Source: Geosiphon pyriformis uo1 (Eukaryota > Fungi > Glomeromycota). From it: 64,000 nt of DNA. Below are positions 53,601 to 64,000 of this stretch, in pieces (position 1 is the stretch's first letter; the number at the start of each line of letters is the position of its first letter). The stretch lies in assembly GCA_016748015.1 (NCBI GenBank), contig JAAOMT010000441.1, positions 248,001-312,000 of the forward strand, read 5' to 3'. The notes beneath the pieces were generated by a model. It was not told where the DNA came from and made no database searches. It saw nothing but the letters and a program-made list of their open reading frames with translations. Made by a program: the position numbers and the translations under genes.

Positions 53601-56299
53601 ACAACAGTGCTCTCAACAAACTTTATCACTACCCTCATAATGCCAAGATGATTTTCGACTTAGCAATGGCATTAATTAATGGAGCTATCAAAGAAGATGT
53701 TTGTTAAATGAAGGAAGCAGAATACATTGAATACACTATAGAATTAGCTGGATTTGATTATGAAGATGAAGTAGAAGTCTACCACCAAATTGCAAGTTAC
53801 ACCTACCTGACCCAAGAAGCTCAAATTCTACAATTAGAGCAAATGAACATTAGGCTATGTGAAGAATGCATTATGCCTTGTGATGAACAATGGTGTCTTA
53901 AATGCTATGCTTTTAGTATCCCCTTGCCCAGCGAAAATGATGAGAACGAAATTGAATTTGGAAAACCTGAAGAAACAGAAGAAATTGAAACAACACTCAT
54001 CTACCTTATTGAAAATCAGCCTGTCTTACAACTTAAATACTTCAACAACAATGGACAAGAAATAAAACCCGAAAAAGCACACAAAATTGATGCTGGATAT
54101 GATCTAAGATATCCAGGCCAGGATACTCTTGTTCTCAAACCCAAATCTCTCACAAAAATCAACCTCAAAATTGCACTCGAAATCCTGCCAAGAGTAATGG
54201 TTCAAATCGCCTCCCGATCTTCTCTGGCAAGCAAAGGAATCAATGTCAGAGGAGGAATAATCGATGCTGGATATACTGGAGACATAACAGTAATGCTTCA
54301 AAATAAAACTGACAAACTATTCAAGATCGAACATACTGAAAAAATTGCCCAAGCTATTTACCTACCCTTAACCAACATTTCGGGTTTGCAACTAGTCAAT
54401 CAAAGAGAACAATTAGGAAAAAGCAATAGAGGAACCCAAGGTTTTGGTTCAACTAAACAATTCACAGTTCCAGTTAATATAGCTCTTAACACACAAAACG
54501 AATCCCACCAGATTCTCAGACTTCCACAACTGATTACCATCTCACTCTTTGGAGAACATCTGGAAATCTACACTTGTACAAAGCCAACAACCACACAACA
54601 AATTTTTGAGTCCAATAAACAAGTCTGCTTGGAACATAATATTTTGATCCCAAACATTTATATTCCAGAAGGAACAAAGAAAGTCCGAGTTACTTTTTAC
54701 AACCCCAATAATTACCCCATAATTTTATTAAATAATTTAGAAATTGGAGTTATTTACAGTAATATATTTTAACAAGAATCACCCCAAACAGTCCCCGATT
54801 TCCCTGAAATTATTGGACATTCACTACCAAAAATCAACCCAAACCCTAGCTCTGAAAACTACCATGTTGTCATGGAAAAACTATCTCGAATCAACATGGG
54901 ACAACTTGAACCACAACAACAGACCCAGCTCAAAAAACTAATTGCAGAATTTGCTGATATCTTTGCCGAAAACAACAATGACTTAGGAAGAACTGAATTG
55001 GTTCAACACCAAATTTATACAGGAGATGCCAAACCCAGGCAACAACAAGCCTACCGAGTTGCTCCAGAAAGTCACCAATTTATCCGAGAAGAAGTACAAT
55101 GGATGCTTAACAATGGACTTATTCAACCATCAATGAGCCCATGGGCCTCACCTGTGGTCCTAGTTAAAAAGAAAAATGGAAAGATACAATTTTGTGTTAA
55201 TTATCGACAACTCAACAGTGTCACCATTGAGGATGCCTACTCTCTTCCCCAAATTGATGACATGTTGGATGCCCTTGGAAAGTCCAAATACTTTTCGACA
55301 TTAGATTTAGAGAGTAGATACTGGCAAGTTGCTATGGATCCCAAAGACTGCCCCAAAACAGCATTCACCACTCAAAAAGGGAATTACGAGTTTAATGTAA
55401 TGCCTTTCGGATTATGCAATGCACCAGCAACATTCCAAAGACTCATGGATGTTATTTACAAAGGCTTCCTTTGGAAATCAGTAGTAGTTTATCTTGATGA
55501 CACTAATGTTTATTCACCATCTTTCGAGCTACATTTAATTCACCTGCGAGAAGTTTTTCAATGATTATGGAAAGCAGGATTGAAACTGAACATTGAAAAA
55601 TGCTACTTCGAAAAAACAAGTTTAGCTTTTCTTGGTCACATTGTTAGCAAAGATAGAATTAAACCAGACCCCAGAAAAATCAGTACTGTCAAGAACTTCA
55701 AGACTCCACGAAATACCACAGAATTAAGAGAATTTATTGGATTAGCATCCTATTACCAAAAATTCATCAAAGAATTTTCAGAAATTGCAAAACCCCTCAA
55801 CCAGCTCACTACTAAAAATGTCGAATACAAATGGACAGAAGAACACCAAAATGCCTTCGAGATACTTAAGGAAAAACTCACAACAGCTCCAATTCTTGCC
55901 TACCCAGATTTCAGCAACCAATTCCGGTTAGTGACTGATGCCTCTTATACTGCCTTTGATGCCATCCTATCACAGTTAGATGACAATAGAAATAAGCGAG
56001 TAATTGCTTATGCTAGTAAAACATTAAAGCCAGTTGAAAAGAACTACCCTGCAACAGAATTAGAAACTGCAGCAGTAATCTGGGTCCTACATCATTTCAA
56101 CTTTTACCTCAGACCCAAAGAATTCAATATTATCACTGATAATATTGGACTTAAATAGCTTCAAAACAAAAACACCCAGCTGAACGCAAAACAAACCCGA
56201 TGAACAGGATTTTTAGCTAATTACCAATACATTGTACACCACAAACTAGGAAAACTCCACACTAACATTGATTGTCTCTCAAGAATAAAGCAAGATTAG
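50678..56299 (+). pseudogene. A2 ORF1: N-extension-Gag-CCHC-PR-Cys-rich-dUTPase-RT-RNase H, single frame (1874 codons) broken by nonsense mutations
   Basis: ORF-track pieces 50678, 51410, 51716, 52421, 53477, 53708, 54872 and 55580 are all in one frame. Motifs CHYCGISGHWKRNC, LDSG, YLDD, TDAS. Confidence 0.95.
54065..54455 (+). other. Trimeric-type dUTPase domain within A2 polyprotein
   Basis: All five motifs: AGYDL, SRSS, GIIDAGYTG, IAQ, RGTQGFGST. Confidence 0.95.
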
Positions 56300-56348
56300 A
56301 AAACAAAACCAACACCTATTTAAATTAACAGCATCAAAACAACAAACA

Positions 56349-57734
56349 ATAAACCCCGAAAACTACAACAATTTCAAACAATATTTGGAGACATTAAAAA
56401 TCCCAACAGATTGATCCTCAGACGAAAAACATCAGTTACAACAACAAGCCAAACAATATTTTTTACACAACAACATTATCTATTATCAAAATTTTAAAAA
56501 CCCAACCAAACCACTCAGATTAATACAAGAACAGGAAAAAAGGACCATTTTATACAATATGCACTCAGATCCTTCATTAGCACACTTTGGAAAAGATAGC
56601 ACCATCCAAAGAACATTAGAATACTACTTTTGGCCTCGAATAAGAAAAGACATTCACGAATATGTCGAATCTTGTGATAGTTGTCAAAGAAAAGGAGGAA
56701 CTCGCCCTACAGAACCTTTAAATCCAATCAAAGTTGAACAGCCTTTTGACAGAGTTGGTATCAATTTAGTCGGACTACTATCTATTATCACTCAAGGAAA
56801 CCATTATATTGCAGTAGCTGTAGACTATCTTACTAAATGGCCTGAAGCCAGAGTCATTCAATGAGCAGATGCAAAATCAGTAACAAATTTCATCTATGAA
56901 GACATTATTTGTAGACATGGATGTCCAATTGAACTTTTATCCGATCAGGGAACACACTTTGTGAACAACCTGATACAAGAAATTTGTGAACAATTTAATG
57001 TCAAAAGACCTCTGTCTTTGCCCTACCATCCACAAACAAACGGACTTGTGGAACATTTTAACAGAACATTGTGTGAGTCATTAGCCAAAGTCTCAACTAA
57101 TTTTGAGCAAGAATGGGATCTTTTTATTCCATCAGTGTTACTAGCATATAAGACATTAAAACAAGATACCACGAAACACACACCATTTGATTTAACTTAT
57201 GGAAGGACAGCAATGTTACCAATCAGTTTTACAGTGGAAACATACCCAGCACAACCGATCGATGAAAACAATTTCCAAGAAATGCTTCAGCGAAGAGCCT
57301 ACACTCTGCTTAGCACATTGGAAAGAAAATGACAAATAGCAGCCACCCATATTGAACACTCCCAAGCTCAACAAAAAGAACAGCATGATGACAAATTGCT
57401 TTCAGTCACCAATAAATTCAAAATTGGAAACAAAGTTCTCTTACACAAAACTAAAGCTGAAAAACAATGGAGTGGAAAATTTGAAAATAAATGGGATAGA
57501 CCATTCTTTATCCATGAAGTCCTAGGCAATGGATCATACAAGCTAAGACTTGATGACAAAATTCTAACAAAAGTTGCACATAGAAATCGTTTGAAACACT
57601 ATTATTCCAGAAACAATCCTGAACCATTAATTCCACAAATTGGTACACATTCCCCTTTAGTCAGTCCCAAAAATATTCCCCAAAACTTAGAACCAATAGT
57701 TGTTATTAAACAACCTCCCAACCTGAACACTTAA
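56349..57734 (+). pseudogene. A2 ORF2: integrase (HHCC, DDE, GPY/F), in a different frame from RT-RH
   Basis: Starts ATA (probable ATG>ATA) NPENY...; pieces 56559, 56961 and 57396 are in one frame. Confidence 0.92.
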
Positions 57735-57844
57735 TTTAATTTTACTAGTTATTCTTTTATAATTTAGAAACAATCTCACAAAAACAAAACAAAAATAACA
57801 TAAAACCCCATACACCAAAAATTATTTTTTTTTATTTTTTTCAA

Positions 57845-58573
57845 ATGCTTATAATGACTATTCCTCAAAACATTCAACAATTATTCCAAAAACTAATGCT
57901 AGCTTTAAAAACAATACCCAAATTATCCATTACTGTTACTAGAAACCACATAAATTATACCCAAACAGAAGTAGTTACAAAATTAGCCCCAAATTCATGA
58001 AAATATTACCCATATAAAAAGAACACAAGAAGTTATACTGGAATTCACCTGCCAGAACTTTTAAAGCTTGTTTTAAGAGAAAACCTAATGCTCACTTTGA
58101 TTAGTATTCCACCAAATGCTACAATTCAACAAAAACTTCAACTGTGTCTCAATAAGGAAAACACTGAATATCTTCCAATCTATAGATATTTTCACATTGG
58201 AAAAACACTCTATGAACGGAAACTGGAACTTACAACAGCAAACCTCACAAAAGAAGCTATTCAGAAACAACTCCACAACAAATTCAAGACAACAGCTGGA
58301 TCAACAAACAGTTGCTACAGGCTTAGAGCTGCTCTTAAACTTTATGACCTATTTCACACCTGTGAAAACGTACTACAAAACCCAATTTTTCAACCTTTGA
58401 AGATTCAATATATTGGAAAGCTCACAGAACTAAAATTTCAACAATTTTCAGACCAAATTTTTTCAATAATTTTGAATTATTATCTGGAAATAACAGACAG
58501 TACTTGGACTTCAATGGAGCTCAGTCTTGAGAAGGAGGTTATGTTACCAAATGAAATTAGAGATATTATTTAG
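57845..58573 (+). pseudogene. A2 ORF3 (unknown function), runs through PPT into 3' LTR
   Basis: ATG 57845 in frame with ORF 58088-58573; one internal TGA at 57998. Confidence 0.85.
58529..58538 (+). other. Polypurine tract GAGAAGGAGG
   Basis: 3 nt upstream of the 3' LTR. Confidence 0.85.
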
Positions 58574-59521
58574 CATGAAATTATCTTATAATTCCTATCA
58601 TTAAGTAGCATATATTATCATCAAATGATCACTTATTACATTAGCAAAAATGTCCAAAATTATCATTTAAATTAATAAGCCAAATTGTACACAACACAAA
58701 TGTAACCTAATTGCGATGATCAATCATGCAATACCCCGAACTATGTAACATTCAGAAGTTCACCGAAATTTGTAGAAATTTGCCAAAATAATTGATAGTT
58801 CACCGAAATATCTAATAGTTTGCCGAAATAACTTGTAGTTTGCCGAAATGTATCTTTAGTTCAGCGAAATTGTAGAAAATAGCAAAGTTCAAGTTTATAG
58901 AATAGTATTACAACAAGTTGTATAAAAGAAGAGCTTATCTCTTCGAGAAAATATATCTTACTTTAGATTTATCTCTTAAAAACCATTTCTATATACACAA
59001 AAAAAGAAATAAATATCAAATAATTCGAAAAACCAAATTTTTTAATTATTTTACTTGGAAAATCCCCAAAACCCAACTAACATTTCAAAATTGATTAGCT
59101 ACCAATTTCAGTAAACTGTTAGTAACTCCAGGCCTAAATAGAAAACGTTTCCCTTGACAAAATTCTATTTCTTTTACATTTCTTTTATTTTCTTTTATTT
59201 TTCTTATTATAATTATTAGGGTAGCCTACAGACAAGATTCCTGTAGAAAAGTTGACTTTTACAGCAAAGTAACTATACATTTTAGTGAACTTCCAGACGA
59301 GCAATTCCTGGAAAAGAGTTGACGTTTACTACAATGTAACTACATAAAGTAACTGGCAAGGAATTGGCCATTCCACTTATAAGCCCAGCAGTTCAAATTA
59401 TAGGAAATAATTTGAAGATAAATTCAGTTACTGAAGGTTCAACTACATCCAGAAAACGTGAATTCACAGCAAATAAGTATCAACAACATTACAGAAAAGA
59501 GACCAAAAACCGCCAGTAACA
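58542..59521 (+). repeat. 3' LTR of A2
   Basis: Repeat of 49654-50632. Confidence 0.97.
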
Positions 59522-61747
59522 CTGGTTGTTGGGTGTGGTGTTTTCTGGAGTAACCAGGAGACTTAAATAGTTTTGGGAATTTGGGTTTTGGGTGGCACCT
59601 GTACCCAAATTCCGAGAACAGAGTCCGGAGCTTTGGTGAAAGGGGCTGGGAATTGGTTAATAAACAATCATCACCGATTTCCAATTTTAAGCAATTCTGG
59701 GTCTTGGGTTTCCTGATGTCATTATAGCTAAGTTTTGGATTGGTGTTTGGATTGGTGGTTAAGACTAATAAATTATTTGGGGCTGTGGCTAATAAATTAC
59801 TGGAGGCTGCTGTTGATAAATTGCCAGTGGTTGTAATTGATAAACTGGAGGTTGATAGATTGGTTGCTGCATCATTGGTAGGTAAGTATTTTGATATTGA
59901 TATTGATTTTAATTTGGATAATAGTTCGGAGTTTGGAACCAGCAGTTAGGGTTTCTGTATTGATTTCCCGATTGTTGGTTGCTATAAGTATGACAATTAA
60001 CTCAAATATGGCCTCATTTACCACAATAGTGGCAGATATGTATTTCCTGTTGCCACTGTTGATTGGTCAATGAAGATGAACATGGTTGATTTTGGGCATA
60101 ATTAAAGTTTCTTTGATTATTGCATCATTGGGGAGGCTGATAAATAGCATGATTTTCAGCTAAGTATCTTTCCAATTTCTTATTAATTGATTTACTGAAC
60201 TTCTCTAATTTGGAATCCAATTCAGATGATCCATTCATTACTAGATTAATGGCTTGTGTGTGGTTGGCCTCTGACTCAGCAGATTCAAAATCTCTGGCAC
60301 ATGTAACTGTGTCTTGAAGTGTGCCTGGATGCAATGGACATATATGTTACAAGATGCTGCTATGCAGGCCACAGATAAACTGGTTGAGGATCTGTGGTGC
60401 TGTGAAATAGTTGGCGTCAATTGCTTGAATTTGGCGTAGATTTTAATGGAAGTGTCCTAGATAAGTAGTGACTGCTTCAGTTTCTCCTTGTTTCATGGTT
60501 GTGAATGTGTTGACTAGGTGATTGATGCTGTTATTGTTGCTAAAGTATTTTAGGAATTCCACTTTGAAGGCATTGAAATCTTGTGGTTTATTAATCAAGC
60601 TCTAATACCAGAAATCAGCAGTATCTTTGAGAAAGTAGGGAATGGCTTGCATTGTTCGGATGTCATTCTATCCGTTGGCTGCAATGGCTTTTTCTACATT
60701 ATTTAGCCATACTTAGGCATCATCCTCTTCACCAGTAAAGTTGTCAAGTTTTGCAATTGGTGTGTAAGCCAGTGGATCTAAGTTGGGTTGTTGTGATGGC
60801 TGTTGAAGCGGTTGTTGTGGTACTGGTTGTTGTGATGGAAGTGGCTGCTATATGGGTTTGGCTATTGGATTAATTGGCAGTTGATTGATGACGATTACTG
60901 GAGGTAAGTTTTGCTGATTAATTAATTTGGGATTTAGATTGTTCTGTCTTTGATAATTCAGAGTTTTGATTTCTGAATTTTCTAGATTTAGATTTTGTTG
61001 AGTTTGAAAATTCGGGGTTTCAACTTCCAGGTTTTTAGTGATCGGGTTCTGGTAAGTAAATTCTTGTTCCTCAGATTCTTCTTCCTCTTTTTCTGATTTT
61101 GTTACTTCTCACAGATCAGAAATTCCGAAATCTGGTGGCAATAGCAGTGATTGGAGGCCTGATGGAGTTGGTAATCACGAGTTAAATTCTTTAAAGTATT
61201 CACCATATGGTCCTAATAAGTCTGTTTTCTCTTGTTTACTTTGAAATAGAAATCTTCCAAATGCTGATGTCACATTTGATGTGGACGTGCCTGTAGATAT
61301 AATATTAATGGCACTTCCTAGTGTGTAGTGATAGGATGGAGCAGTTGGTGATTCAACTCTTGTTTTCTTCTAAGTGAGTGGTTGTATCCTTTTGGGTGTT
61401 ACCACTGGTGTTTGTAGTTTTTTTTTGTCTTTACTGGCATAAGTAATTGGATATCTTTGTTGGGTGTGATGTTTAATTTCTTTGTTGATCTTAGTAATGA
61501 TGGAGGCAAAATTGTGATTTGTTAGCAGGTTGGTATTTTGAATTAATTCTTTGTAGAAAGTTTCCTTGGCTGATTTAGTATTTACTGGTGTTCTTAACAA
61601 AGAGGAAATCTTTTTGTTGACATAGAAATTAAAGGCTGATTCGGCAGATATATGATTGTGGTTTAATCTTAAGTGTTGACAATAGTATTGAAATAAGAAT
61701 TTCGCAAATCCTAAATGGTTTGCTCCTATGTTTTCTGATTCTGCCAC
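59522..61747 (-). pseudogene. E1 N-extension and Gag (5' part of ORF1)
   Basis: GTG-AESENIGANHLGF (61370-61747), Gag (60125-60770), knuckle ~59990-60035. Confidence 0.9.
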
Positions 61748-61809
61748 TTTTGGATGGTGTTTGTTGGTGCTGATTCTCTGTAAGATTATACTTCACAGGA
61801 AGCACCAAA

Positions 61810-62685
61810 TGTTACAGGTGACAATTTCTAGTGTTGAATTAAATACGAACCCATAACTTAGTGCTCAAAGCTATTCTCGTTGTTGATAATCTAAGGTTTG
61901 GTATTTGAAGGTTTTGTATCTGAAGGGTTTGGTTGAGTTCTTTATATAATGGACAGAGATTCAATGGTGATAGTTTTTTTCGTAGCTTCTCGAAACTGCA
62001 GTTTTGTCAATTTCTTTCTCAGCTTGATGGCTGGTATTCCTCCTGGTAAGCTATCCTTAATCGAGTGTTCTACACTTATTTCTGGGTCTTTTACCAGTCA
62101 CATTTATCCCTGACATTAGTGCCCACACGTTAATCCTCAATAGAGTTAGTAAACAACAATAAAATCAAAGCAAAAAAATAAAGAAAATAAAATAAAATAA
62201 AGAAAGAAAAGAAATAAGCCAAGGTGATTTACAAGTTAGTATTCTGTCAATAGCCATGATCAAGAGCTATTGTTCCAGTGTGGTTAAGTATCAATTACTA
62301 TCAACATGAAGTGTTGATAGTGGAAATGGATTTGAGATAATAAATAGTTATTTATTAGATGCTTGTAGTTTGGAGAGTTGCTTCGATTAAATCTAAACTA
62401 AGAGGTCTGTCTTTTCAGTTTCTAATCCTGCTGCTATATATACATAATTAAGATTCCTCAATTCCTCAATTTTTCACAACAGAAATCCTGGAATTCCTGG
62501 AATCCTGTAATTTTTTTGAGAGGAATTCTAGAATTCTGGAATCCTGCGATTCCTTGTCAGGAAATCCTAAAATTCCTTGAATTCTGCAATTCCTGAGAAG
62601 AATCCTGGAATTCCATATTTATTACGCTTACTTCTGATTGGCTAATAATCATGCTAATATATTTTCTATATTTCTATGAGTAACA
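61810..62685 (-). repeat. 5' LTR of E1 (PBS at 61790-61807)
   Basis: TGTTACAGG...GAGTAACA. Confidence 0.95.
62432..62645 (-). promoter_or_regulatory. U3 promoter of B/C/E LTRs: CCAAT box, GGAAT(T)CCT array, TATATATAG box
   Basis: gattggcta at ~62636, array ~62451-62615, ctatatata at ~62434. Same order in all six B/C/E LTRs. Confidence 0.65.
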
Positions 62686-63700
62686 TTGAGTAGAAAAACC
62701 AATCCAAAGTTATAAAAAAACGTGACCAAAATGTGACATAACACAGAATAGCATGCAATAATATTAGATAATGTGTTATAATATAAGATAACATATTATA
62801 ATGCAGGATAACACAGAATAATATGTAATAATATCAGATAATGTATTATAACATAGGATAATGTAGAAAAATGAAGCAATAACAGAAATAACAAAGCAAT
62901 AGCTAGTGATAGTGAAACAATTAAAAGCAATCTTGTAAAACCAAAAGAATATATAAAAGCAAGTAGTTGTAAAAGTTAGAAAAAAAGACAGATAAATACA
63001 AACCTCTAAACAAGAATCAAATATCCATACCCCTTCATCATTTATTATCTTCCCTATTTCATCTTCTGAAATAAACCAATTATTAAAAAAATCAAAATCA
63101 CAAATTCATGTTCTCAAACTTCATGAAATTTACATAAATTAACTCTTGTCTTGTACCTTCGTTCTAGGACAGATGCTCTTAGCATAACTGTCTCGAATAA
63201 TTAATGATTTGAATCAATTGCTTTTGATCATGGCAATTGATGATACTAATTTATCTTTCCTTTTTTTTCTTTTCTTTTCTTTTCTTTTTCTTTTCTTTTT
63301 CTTTCTTATTTTTTTGTGGAATGGCAACATAATAAAATTAACTGTCTGGAAATAGACTTCATAATAGCTTGGTAAAAGAGGGAAGCTCCCCCTAAGTTTT
63401 GGATATTAATATTATCTTGTTAGCTTATTAAAAGGGCAAAAAGACAACACCAGACCTTAATGACTGCACTTGTTAGCTCAGAGAAGAAAGCTCACATCTA
63501 TGGAAAACATTGCAATCGATGGAAGACAAACTCTGTGCCTTATAACAAAAAAACTCAATGGGTAAATTCACATCTAGGAATAGACTTTTAGAGACTGATA
63601 ACCAAGACTAAGCCAACAAAATTACGTGAAAGATGCATCTCCAATAATTGAGAGCACCAAACATTACCAGTTCCATTACCTACCAAGTTTACCCATAACA

Positions 63701-64000
63701 CCACCAAAGAAGAAAACTCAGAAAGAATAGAAGGAGTAGATGTCTTTATATAAGACAAAAAACTGACAAAATGTGATTTAAACATCTTGAGAGTTTTAGA
63801 AAGAGAAAGTAGAGCAACTTTGTAGTTTACAGCCAAGTGGCTTGTCTCTTAACACTGAAAACAATACCAGCAACCAGGAGTTTTCCACCAAATATAGCAT
63901 TTTTTTAGTGTATCAGTCTTTAATACTACAGCATTCAAATCAATCTAAGAACCAAATATAATCAGAACAAACTGAAAATAATGACCAGACTTAGAAGAAT
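63701..64000 (-). pseudogene. Upstream fragment of LINE-like ORF1
   Basis: ORF 63588-63836 up to EFSSLV; continues at 42618. Confidence 0.5.

Larger units (their letters stand above)
49654..59521 (+). mobile_element. Full-length, youngest Ty3/Gypsy element A2 nested in E1
   Basis: Near-identical LTRs 49654-50632 and 58542-59521; TSD TTGG/CTGG; PBS and PPT. Confidence 0.97.
42629..62685 (-). mobile_element. Ty3/Gypsy element E1, interrupted by A2
   Basis: LTRs 42629-43505 and 61810-62685; PBS 61790-61807; PPT complement 43509-43520; flanks CCAA/TTGA (inferred ancestral CCGA). Confidence 0.93.
42619..63700 (+). mobile_element. Solo LTR of family D (42619-42628 + 62686-63700), split by E1
   Basis: 62686-63700 is the reverse complement of the D1 LTR minus its first 6 nt; those (tattac) lie at 42619. 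Perfect TSD CCAC at 42615-42618 / 63701-63704. Confidence 0.85.

Noticed and set aside
53708-54772. Stand-alone host dut gene
   Set aside because: In frame within the retrotransposon polyprotein; ORF limits are CAA>TAA-type stops.
51215-55564. Alternative genetic code or programmed readthrough of internal ORF1 stops
   Set aside because: Stop positions differ between copies and align with Arg/Gln/Trp codons, indicating mutation.
57600-57734. Chromodomain at the integrase C-terminus
   Set aside because: Only a short Pro-rich tail follows the GPY/F module.
57845-58573. ORF3 as a retroviral env
   Set aside because: Short, with no evident signal peptide, furin site or transmembrane anchor.

Overview
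AT-rich eukaryotic (probably fungal) repeat DNA. It resembles Glomeromycotina TE sequence such as Geosiphon, but that is from memory and unchecked. No host gene is visible. The window is a nest of six decayed Ty3/Gypsy LTR retrotransposons plus one solo LTR, all with TGTTA...TAACA termini and 4-bp TSDs where both flanks survive, sitting in non-LTR (LINE-like) debris. Nesting: A1 (3572-~22665, -) contains B1 (11564-21597, -). A LINE-like ORF1 (-; pieces at 63701-64000, 42341-42618, ~22800-23032) contains D1 (23033-42340, -), which contains C1 (25489-35714, -). The same ORF1 contains a solo D LTR (42619-63700, +), which contains E1 (42629-62685, -), which contains the youngest copy A2 (49654-59521, +). 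All copies share an unusual layout. ORF1 apparently starts at a GUG in strong context and encodes a Met-poor N-extension, Gag, CCHC knuckle, protease, multi-CxxC domain, dUTPase, RT and RNase H, then stops. Integrase is a separate ORF2. A conserved soluble ORF3 of unknown function occupies the env position (missing in D1). The LTRs carry an anti-PBS sequence in U5 and palindromic repeat arrays in U3. The copies are inactivated mainly by C>T/G>A transitions.
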